64,000 nucleotides of DNA, from the NCBI GenBank assembly GCA_030704615.1, contig CM060731.1, positions 29,388,001-29,452,000 of the forward strand. The letters run 5' to 3'. Positions 40,487-51,500 of the stretch are shown one piece after another. Both the position numbers and the translations under genes were made by a program. The notes beneath the pieces are model-generated. The model was not told the origin of the DNA. It was given only the letters and a program-made list of their open reading frames with translations, and did no database searches. This DNA comes from Takakia lepidozioides. Lineage: Eukaryota; Plantae; Bryophyta. Each line of letters opens with the position of its first letter. Within the stretch, counting starts at the first letter, position 1.

Positions 40487-43144
40487 GCCCTGGTAATTTG
40501 TAGTAGCAATTCAGTTTGGAAGAAGTCTTATGGGGAACAGTGTTTGAGGTCGTAGGAAAGCTCTTTAAGATTTGTTTCAGTGTACAGTTGTTGGAATGTA
40601 GAGGCTCTTTACTGTACCTTATGGAAGTTTTTTGTGCAGGACTCCGATATTTGCAGCATTGCAACTGTGGCTACATATTATCCTTAAGGAAAGTGGGGCT
40701 GGACGACAGGAAATGTTACAGACAGTTACCGATAGTAGCAATACGACAGGGCAAATGCCTATTATTTTGTAGCCAGGATCTTTGCGGGAGACACATTAGA
40801 GGGCAGCATTCAATGAGAAGCCATTTTTCACAGAAACCTTGGTGGTAGTTGTTGGCTCACAGCTCTGCCACTATAGGAAACTTGTAAAGTATTTAGCAAC
40901 TTTTTAATAAATCTCAGCAAGACAATTGCACGTAGTCTGAAGTTGAAGACATACTGTATTGGGGAGCTTGTTTGTGTGCAGCCCATCGCATTGTGGAAAC
41001 ATAGAACAGTTGTTTGTGATTCAATTTTGATGACCAACGGCAAGGGATGGTAAGAGTGGGTGCTGGAAATGCATTTCATGTAGTTAGTCCAATCCCAGAC
41101 TATACCTTAGCTATCTCAGCTACCTTTTCTGTTTCACAGAACTTGTTTATGTCAAGCTAAGTTTTTCTTATTGTTGGAGACAAATTGCTAAATCATGTAA
41201 CATTACATGACAGGTGATGTTAATCATATTTGAGACTTTAGAGTACAGAATATTGAAAACGATCGTCAATTTGATGAAAGCTAGAAACTTGTTTGCAGAC
41301 TTTGCAGGTCGCATGAAGTTTTAATGCCTGATTGGCTGCCAACTGTTCAGTGGATGATCCAAGGCCTACATGCCAATTTAGTTGCAGAAAGTATTGCAAC
41401 ATGAATATTACCCTTTTCTCCCCTGGCAGTAAGCTTAAAACAGTCCTGTCTTTCACTTGATCAATACAGCAGATTAGAATCAAAGAGTAGGTACCATGTG
41501 TCTGAACTGCAAGCTTCACTCTGGGGGTGAACGACTTACAACTGAGGATTTACAACCCCGCCAACCTTCAGCTGTGGAGGTACCCAAAAGACTGTTGGGT
41601 CAACAGAGCACTGCTCTTAAGTATAGGTTGGGTGACAGATGACGATGATTGTTACTTGGCATTTACAACACATATTCTTACCTCTGAGTGGAGTTCTAGC
41701 TTGGCTTGAGGTGCAAAGTACAGGCCACCCCACAAGAAGAATCCCCAAGAGCAAGTTGAAATCTGACAGTCTGATCTTTCACTGAGAGGATACAATGTGA
41801 CCCCACCTGCATGTCAACCTTTGAGTACAGCAGCTTCAAGCTATGGATTGTATGCTCTCTTGTGGCAAGCTTATCACTCAACTCAGAAGCAGTTATGCCA
41901 TAACCAGACCTATTGGATGGGTTTGTCTTTGTCAGTTGAGCAGAATACCCAGTCAAGGTGTAGAAGGTGAACATCCTGCACATAACAAGCAACTCTGACG
42001 AGAAAGCATGTCCAAGAGAACTACAGTATTTTAACAAAAACGAAAAGGTCAATAGAAGAGAAACAAATATCAGATCACCTTGACTCCAATGGAAGTGACC
42101 AAAACTACAGGATGGAGTAATCATAGAGAGCACTATTGCGAAATTAGGAGAAAACCCACCCAGGTGGAGACCAACTTTCTCAGTCAGGTGTTAGCAGACC
42201 CTCTAAATTTCGACTGTTGTGAGCCTACAGTAAATTCAGAGGCATGAGATCTAAAGAGAAATTGCTTCACCAGGTTGCTAAATTCACCCCTTCTAAGCAA
42301 ATAATGTAAAACTGAAGAGATTTTTTCCACATCTGATGTCTTCAGAACTCCTAAATGAGTGCTCCCCAATTCACCATACATGACAATTAACGAGTGCACC
42401 AAACTTCCAATCACAAACTCATCAGCCCGTTAAGAGGCAAAACTGTTTCGGAACTTTTCCCATTCACACTGGCCTCGTTTGGTTAGACAAGCCAAAACAA
42501 CAGAAAAAGAAGTTGCTAGCTGACTTGCTTTCCACAAGAGGAGTCCCTGAGCATCTACTTATGATGTACTCTAAACAAACACAATAGGAAAAGCATCACC
42601 AACCAAAGGATCAAAATCGCACCCTGGAAGTGGCCAAATTGAATATACTGTCAGCAGACCTTTAACATCATAGTCTCTCTCCAAATCTGCCATTTGCCAG
42701 AGTATCTTGTATTCGCAATTTACAGATGAATTCTTAGTGTACACAGGGTCTTGTATTACACCCTGAAAAGTAAACTAATTGGGTAACTCTCAGCGCACGC
42801 TATCCGAATCATGAGACCTCGGAGCACAGAAAGTTGTCGACTCCCGGCTCCTTCATGCATCTCCTCAGAAAGTGCATTAACTGAAGTTCATGTCTCAGCA
42901 GCGTTCTTGCTCCCTTCACGAAACAGCTCTTTGCGACCTTACCACCTCGCTAAAACAAGTGGCGGCGATCGCAGGCCGAGGAAATCCTTACAACTCACCC
43001 TACTTTCCGGAGGCAACTATCCCTTCAAGTGAGTTTTCTTCGCAGCAGGTTATGGTCATGGTACAAGTGGACTCCTATCTTATCATCCACTGAGGCTCAG
43101 AGATATGACCACCAGCAGGACCGTCCGTATCCATTGTGGACTCA

Positions 43145-43837
43145 CTACACGAAGATTCTTGAGATGCGGCGTCGCTTTGGTGAATCCGGAGCAAGGCGTG
43201 ATTGCTGCAGCATGGACCACATCACATGCACGTCCTCATAACCGCAGGAACGCACATCATTGTAGAGCTTTCCGATTCCCCGCCCTGTAGCATCCAAAAC
43301 TTTATGAGCCAACGAAATTGCCAACAATTCAAAAGTCTGAATGCACCTTGACACCACAAGGTGAGCAACCGATATATGCAAAATCTCACAATTACAATAA
43401 AGAAGATAGCAATCCCTACAAGTCCTTCGACCCCATTCTTGGAACAGATTGACCTTGATTGCATCTGCATGCGTGCATGGCGAAAAAAAACTTGCTAATA
43501 AGAGAATCCAATCCGAGCAGCAAGAACGCAAGTCTAATCCAACATGCCTCACGCACATGATTTCCTCACCTCATGCCTAAAATATACATCTACAAGAACC
43601 ATATCCAGCCAACTCAAGTAACTCTTGCTCTCTTGAGCAGGCAATCCTCCACAACCATGACTCTTTAACAGACAGTGGTCAAGCTGCACAACTCGGCATC
43701 TGCAATCAATTGCGAGATTCCTAACAAGAAAATCCTCCTGGAAGACGAAACCTACCACGCTTGCGGGGACGCAGTCTGCCCAGCACCCCGCTCCATATCC
43801 TCCTGAAGGGATCCGCCATCTTCCTCAGCCACCCCAT
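43145..43837 (-). CDS. Small basic plant protein of unknown function (~72 aa)
   Basis: Exon 43756-43837 (MGWLRKMADPFRRIWSGVLGRLRPRKR) plus exon 43145-43284 (GRGIGKLYNDVRSCGYEDVHVMWSML..*). The KLxxDVxxCGYEDVxVMWxML motif is typical of an uncharacterised plant small-protein family. Confidence 0.85.
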
Positions 43838-46800
43838 ACTCTGCCTCTTCTCCGTCTCTCCTGCTCTCTGAGACCTCGCTGAAGCTCCCACAGCTCCAAT
43901 GAAGTTCCAGACGCAGGAGGCCGAGAGAGGCCGAGATTCAGAGAGCGATTTGAAGAAGACAAGTCTACTTGAAGAAGTTGAAGAAGACGACGAAACACAG
44001 TGCGAGCTTGCAGCGATGGCGGGAGGCCGCTCTGCGCTCTGTCCACCTGTCCCCCCCTCTCCTTGTCCCGGCCCCTCCACTAACCCTGGTTCCGCCCCCG
44101 GTTACCTCCCAACCGGCGGTACTTTTCGGCCACGTGGTCGTTTTAGGGTAGGTAATGCGGCTTATTCTCCCCAAGCCTTACTTCCCGATGAAGATCGAGC
44201 GATCCGCATTCCTCCACCTGGGGCTGCCATGCAACAGCATTTGGATGACATCCATCCATGCAGCCACCACGCAATATAATTCACGCTGGCCGCTACCTAT
44301 TTATGTGCATTCGGATAAATCGTGAACCTCTCATAAATTCCTTGTGTGCTATTCAATTCCAGAAACTAAGTGGAATTTATTTTACCCTAATTCTCAGTCT
44401 ATAAATTCTATATACCGAATTATTGTCACGTAAAAGATAGTAGGGTTGGATTATTGCTTCCGACTCTCCAGGAATATTTCATTTACATATTCTTTATTCG
44501 GCGACCTCACGTCAGTTGACTGTCATCTTCACCGCAGTGAAAATCCCGTTCCCTATTACTTTACTCCAAATATTCTGTGGATATCTTTCTTTACGCCTGT
44601 AATGGCACGGTCACCTAGGGGACGATGGGGGATCCAACGGCTGTGAGAGCAGGAACGTGGGCGGGACTTAGGGAGGAAAGCGTGAAGGGGAGGACTTTTG
44701 TTATTACTGTGTCACTATACTTACCTTTTGGAGCTTTTGAGGAAAAGGAGAACACATTCTTCATCCATGAAGTCTGTTTTATCTATGTTCCAAGTTCCAA
44801 CATGCATGCAGGAGGTGGGGCGACTTTTTCATCCATCTCAGGATGGAGAGTGCAGAGCCGACCACGTGGCGCGGAGGATGGGGCCGGGCAATGATGGGTG
44901 GCATGGGGTGATTATTTGGGCGCGGCAAAGCTATGGATCTATCGGCAAAAGAGCCAAATAATGGCAGCGACGGCTCTCCAAGGCGCGAATAATAATCCCA
45001 TATTCCCTCTACACGCGGTCCCCCGCTTGACCCCTTCCCATGCTCGCCATTCGTCGGTGCCGGTGCCGGCCTTACTTCCCGGCCACCGCTACTCACCGCC
45101 GGCGTAACTCTAGCACCGTGGATGATGTAATTATACCGGTTCACCGTCAACCGCACTACAGTTAAAACAAACTTGAGTGAGTTGCGTACTCTATGAAAAA
45201 TGTGGATGATTGTTTTGGTACATTCCTAATTGTACCCTAAATTAAAGTTTTTTTTCGCATTTTTTCATAATTTGGATTGAATAATTCGAAACCCGAAATT
45301 GATGCAATGGACGGTTGCACTGAATAACTTGATACTTGATACCGAGGAGTTCTTAATTTGTCAAAGTGATGTAAGCTTACAATAATGTTCCTTAGGGTCA
45401 AATGACTATTTCTTGGGTGATGCCAGACAACAAACATCCAAGGAAAACCGTCAACGGCACTAAGCAAATCCACACTGATTAGCACCGATCATGGTGGAGC
45501 TCTAGTTCTGGTCTCTAATATGCACATGGCTCACGCCGCCCAGCTTCCATCAATCGGGGTTATCGAAAGATGAATATTCAAACTGAAGATCTAACGAGGA
45601 ATAACTAACTAATAATTCTTCGAGCCGGAAAAATTCTTTGATCGATTTGCAAAGATGTCCAGAAATGAGGAATACTTATGCCCGACAACTGAGGTCCAAA
45701 AAAAGGCACCATGCGACAATAGAAACGCCAAACCATATTCGGGAGATGAAATGTTCATCTGCATCTTTCACTTAACAGTGCAAAGTTGGCAAAGTCGTAT
45801 TAGAAACGCTGGCCGGATTATTTTCGGCTAGTTTTCATGTTCCCACATCACTATGTAGCCGGTTTAATTGTGGCCCTATTTTGTTGGTTCCTAGAGAGCC
45901 CATTGTTCTTTTTTATTAATTTCAGTACAGTGCCTCCATCCCCCTTTTTTGTTTCTTTTTAAGAAAAGATCACAGCACCCCCGCATCCCACTATTTCCAA
46001 CCCTTGGATTGAAAGACTTTCACGGTTGGATCTCCAACTTCAAACACCCGCATCTTCACCGCCCATCATATCTATCGTACCGAGATCATCTGAATACCGT
46101 TGGATGAAAGATCGGCGGCTAGGAGTTGGGAGGAAAAGTTTCTCGCAACTTGGTCCTTGCTTGCCACGTGTTAGGCCCCGAAGTTCAGACGTGTCAGGAA
46201 CCAAAGGCCGAAGGAAAGGCATGCGCAAAGGACCAAAAATGTGCACGGAAGCAGAGGCTTTTTCTTTTTCTCCTTCTCCCAATAAACAACAATTTGTCGT
46301 ATATTTTCTCTGTGTTTCGGTTTGTCGCTTCCGGGCACTGTCTCCTTGACTACAATAATATTTAGAGACAGCGTTGGGTAAAATAGCAGTGATATTTAGC
46401 GAGAGAAATGGTGGGATTGACAATTCTCTCTCTACATATATCCCCAGCCCCCCATAAAACAATTATTTTACCTCCCAAGGTATTCTATCTGATCCCACAT
46501 TTGAGAGGGTATATAATTTTGACCGAATATCATGAGCTGATAATGATGACTTTTTCCAGCAAAAACCAAATGCGAAATTTGCATTGATCGTCAGATTCAG
46601 ACAAACTTGACAATTGTCAATTATTCGAGAAGCCTCCTATAATAGATTTCATAATTATTCTGTACTTACTCAAAGAAAAGAATATTAAATTTGTAGTCGA
46701 CAATTAATTAAGTTAGAGAAACTATAAATGGTATGGCAAACTAAAATTTTAGCTAGTATTAGGTAGGCTAAAGTAGCAGCTAGCCCTAACTTAACTAACA

Positions 46801-47215
46801 GTACTTGGTTATTAGATGAAGCACTTAAGACCTAATTTGTTGGTCGGTGGGGTCGATCTGTTTAGTTAGTGGTACCTAACTGGTCCTTCTGGTCACGCTT
46901 TCTGCTATCATCAGTCTGTGGGAATTCAAAACTACTTTATAGGGAAAGAGGGAGGGGCTGGAGCATTTATCACGTGCAGGATGCTGTGTGACCCATATCT
47001 CTCCGCCGTGCTTGACCCACCTTTTACATGGATGCAGCTCTTGATGATTGACAAGGACTAGTTATATTATCTTGACTGTGTCCGGCCTGCAGTACTTGTC
47101 TTTGCTTTCCACGGGAGAGAGAGACAGAGAGATTACCTTCTGTGCCTTTAAACAGGAACTGCAACAAACCTGCCATGGAGAATGATATTTCTTGCTTATT
47201 AACCATGTAATCAGC

Positions 47216-48058
47216 AGCTCTCGACGCAGAGCTCCGAGGAATGATACCTCGACGCCTTCCTGACGGCCTTTCATGTGCTTACATCTGTGCCGGAGGCATG
47301 TGAATCTGCCTCCAGGGTACTGATGACTCTCGAGTGCAGCCCATGAGATTTTTCTAGTCTCACTGTTGGGATCGATACGGACCCGGCCTCACGTGAATGA
47401 GACATACCACTTGTTTACTTATATCAGCTGAGAGATCCCTGACGTCTCTGCACCCGCTGTGGGCAAGACAGTACATTGAAATTTGATACTCTTACCTCCC
47501 CATGAGAAAGATGACTTTGGACTGTGGGCGAGACACGCACCTTGTCCTGATCAGCTTGCCATGCCTAGTTATTTATTAAGACTTCAGTTTGTGCATGAAG
47601 GTGGTGATGGGCGCGATTCTAAGTTAGGTCTCCACTGCGAATCATCTGTTGTTGAAATCAAACACACACAGAGACACACAAGATGGATCACAGACTGAAC
47701 TGCCAGTCGTGTTGGGTCCGTGACGGCTGACACTGTTACACGCAGTTGATAAGGATTCTGAGCTTTGCGTGGGGAGACCGCAACTGCTGCTCAGGAATTA
47801 CCTATATCCCGGCTCAGTGAGAACGCAACCAGGGTTCTGGGGAGCGTACAGCCCTGGATTACTGGCCTGACCTCCCGACCCGGTCGTCCGGTCGGTGGGT
47901 GACTGTACTGCGTGAATTAGGTTACGCGCCGACCTTCAGTAGCCTGTCGCGCGGTCGGACCCGCCCGATGCTATCACCGCCTGGGATTAGCTCGGCCGTG
48001 ATAGTAAAGTTCGTGTTTTCTCACGGCAGTCTGTCTTTTAGTAACTTTCAGAGGTTAC
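47216..48058 (+). ncRNA. Candidate highly structured non-coding RNA (unassigned family)
   Basis: About 12 consecutive stem-loops, at least eight with G-U pairs on the + strand, plus a long-range stem 47691-47697/48027-48033. No recognisable ORF or known RNA motif. Confidence 0.45.
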
Positions 48059-48552
48059 CTATAGTGATTATCGGCGATGATAACTCCGATTTCGTGCTCC
48101 CCGGCGAACAACATTCCGAGCAACGTACTCCCCTTTCCGCCACGAGACACGGTGTCAAAACATGCAGAATGGGTGCCGAAATATCCGTAATGTCTTCGTG
48201 TGCGTGTTTCCGCCCTAGATGAGATCTGGATGGATGACATTCATCGATCAGAAGTCCTGCAAAGTAAACTCCACGTTACGTGGATTTGAACTTAGGACCT
48301 GCCGTGGCAACTGGGGAAGTTGGGTTTGTTGGGAATTCAACGACGAGAGAGACGGAGGAGATGAGGGAGCTCGTGCATGAAATTAGGGTTACAACGTTAG
48401 AACGATTGTGTGTTGAGATTGAATACGGACTTCAGTGTGGATGGTGAGGATGTGTTGGCAGTTGGTTCATGAAGACGTTATGAGGTTGGAGCCTGGTCGT
48501 GATCTATGAGAGACAGAACGAGTGGAGCAGTTTGGTATCTGTAGTATTTGCC

Positions 48553-51500
48553 ATGAAGACATTTGAGATGGAGGAGGGAAAGGTCCGAGGGTACGGCGCG
48601 CCGCGCAGTGGTGTGTTGAAAAAGAGGAGGGTGCAGAGGCCTGCGAAGCCACGAGTTGCCAAAGGTTCCACCAAACCCTAATTTTTATCTTGGTCAATTG
48701 TGAACTATATGGTCTGTGTTCGGTATTTCTGCATTGTTCAGGTCTGATTGAAGTTACTGCCTTCATTTTTGGTACTGTTTGCAGTGGATGATTCAGCCAC
48801 GGAGTCGGAAGGGGACGGCTTGTGGCATGGATTTCGTGGTCCTCCTCCGGATTATTTCAAAAGTGGGAAGCGGGAGGCTCGTGGTAAAGGTGTTCTGAAG
48901 AGGAGGTCTCTAGCGCCTCGCGAGTTCATACCGAAAGGGATTCTTCGCACTTTCCCCCCCCCTGCCGACCAGGTCGCCGTGATTGAGCAGCATAAAGGTT
49001 AGGGCTCTTCCCACTCCAGTTAATTTGCAAGATGAATAATGCTTGTGTAGGAATCACATCTGTGGCATCAATTTTTATGTACAAGTCACAAAAATTCACT
49101 CGAGGTCCTCGATCCCATTCAATTGGCCACTTTCCCGTGTGTGAATTGCGAAGCTGCATTGGCAAAGACTGTTGCTGGAATCAGCAGTATTAGGGTTGAA
49201 ACCCATGCCCTAATTTTCAGAGTGCAGATAGGAGCTTCTAGGAAGATAATGGCGTTTATCTGGCTATGGTAATTTTGCTGATCTCTTTTGTTAACTAGTG
49301 AGAGTAAACTATCCTTTGCTGGGCTTTGAGAGAGACATACTTTTTTTTCTTGGCAGAAACTGCTCCAGGGGCACTCCAGGTGGTACTCTGAGTGCAGAAT
49401 AGAAAGCTTTTGAACCGCCAGAACGGGAACAATTCTGTACCTTTGCATTGGTATCTATGTTCAGAGAACTGAAGAGTGTCTTCACTTGGGTGAGACCACT
49501 TAAGGATTTATTCGCCATCTACAGGGGCAGCTAGTGGAGCAACCACTGTCAAACATGAGTAGCCAGTGTCAGTGACCTGGATGCATAGCCTTGTAATGTA
49601 CAGCACCTCAAGCTCTTGCATTCGCACCATGAATTTCACTCTCCAAGATGGCTGCCTCAATTTGCTTTAGTACAATGGCAGATGATTTGCTCAAACTTTT
49701 TAAGTTGCAGTGCTAGTTCAGCTAGTTGTGAGCAATTCAGGGCCAAGCTGTCCCTGTTCTTGGTGTTAGTCAGGGCAGTTGACCAAAGTGTGACCAAATA
49801 TATCATGAGTTATGCATTTGGGTTGTGCAACCTGTATCCCTCCTCTGAAGTATCTAGCTTCATTGGGGACGGCCCCCTTACCCACTGACTGCGAAAGCCT
49901 CAAACTTCACATATATTCTACTTTTTCAGGTGAATGTTGAGGGATAGAATCTCTGTCTCTAGGGCATGGCTTGTACATACAATTCATAGCTTGGATTGAC
50001 TGTGATCGTAAGAAATTGCAATAAATTTTAGGTTTACCATTCTGGTTGATGGGTGCGGTGGGTTAGCCATGTACAGTTATAGACAGAAGGAAGGAAATGA
50101 TCAAGGAGCTGACAGCATCATGTCGGAATGAGTGTCAACTATATTGCCGCCAACTTTTGGCTCTTCAACGACAGTGGCAACAGGTTCGTGGCCTCGGTCC
50201 AGTCATGATATTTGTAGCAATTGTACCCCTCTCTCAGCCCCATTATACTGGCTTCGTTTTGTCAGCCTTCCACCAGCCTTTGCACTTCCGTGAGGGCATA
50301 GTTGCTGCCAGGTATCAAACCTCCCAGATCTTGCTCTGGGGCTTCTACCTACCTGAAGGAAACGCAACATGAATTATCATGGATTAGTTCGCCATCAAAT
50401 GTCCTGTTCGTTCACTAGGAACCTTCATGAACAGACCATTCTCCTTTGCTCAATTTGCAATTTCTCAACTCCACAACTGGATTAAGTAATCCCATAGTGG
50501 AGTTGGCCATATGCAAGGATAGAATGTACTCATAAGACGTTGTTTGCCGTAGCCTTGTGGCCATTGACATATGCAAGGATAGATTGTACTCTTAAGACGT
50601 TGTTTGCCGTAGCCTTGTGGCCATTGACCCCGCGCCCAGTTTGAGCGGGAACAAAAGGGACAGAACCTACCTCTGTCAGGGGCTGACGTTGGTAGTGTGA
50701 CTTACCATCATATATAGAATTAATCCGGGTTTTCCAGATATCCTCTAGAAATCCCTTCGCACAAGCATCAATCTGCTGTGTGTGATTTGCCCAAAAACTA
50801 GGCCTCAGGAGGGCCTGGGCTTTTGGCTCAGCCTCGAGACTTTCAAAGTTGTTAAACAGGGGTACAGGCACAATTCCCTTGATAGAATTGAGGAGAGTGT
50901 CTCTGTGGTGAGAGAACCCCGGACAGTGTATCAGAAAGTGAATACTGTCTTCAGATTGCCCACACAGCGGGCAATTGCACTCTCCCTTTCCTCTCTGCTT
51001 CTGTTTGCTGTTCAAAGGTAGGCTTCCTGCCCTGAGTTTAAATTTCAGTCTAGTGCCGAGAGTGGGTAGACCCTTGAGGTCATCCAAGATGTCCTCCCCC
51101 ATGTCACTGACTGGATACAAGTTCAGGGAAGTTTTCTGCCTAACTTCATTTTCATCAGACAATCTCATGGCAAGGATAGAGAGAGAGCCGGAGGGATCAG
51201 GCAATTCTTGAGTGTTGTTACAAAGAATTTAACCACATTCAAGGAAAAGAGAGAGAAATTAAAACGACAAATTGCCAGAATTGGTTTGAGTTTCCATGCT
51301 CTGAAATCTTACTGCGTCTGATTGTGTTCTGGTGATGTGGGCTTGGGCAGGAACTTGAGAGTCCCTATGCACATTTCGTTCCTCTGAAAGCACAAGTTGA
51401 GAATGCTCAAGGAATGCTGATAGGCAAGTGAAAATTCCCATCTCTGGGCAGAGCTTCTGTTGCCTGAGTTAAAGGCTGTCTCCAGCATCTGGTCCCCCTC

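Noticed and set aside
46040-46462. 140-aa minus-strand ORF and overlapping ORFs
   Set aside because: No recognisable motifs or convincing exon structure.
45839-46515. USE-like TCCCACAT motifs (45841, 46493) suggesting snRNA or telomerase RNA promoters
   Set aside because: USE-TATA spacing is wrong and no snRNA sequence or telomeric template follows.
46899-46914. Minus-strand CTGATGA-tagca-GAAA resembling a hammerhead ribozyme core (also CTGATGA at 47320 on +)
   Set aside because: Stem II cannot form and no stem I/III with an NUH site was found; the 47320 copy lacks a downstream GAAA.
50508-50627. 60-bp direct repeats as a CRISPR-like array
   Set aside because: Only two abutting units with no spacer, located at a LINE 3' end in a eukaryotic intron.
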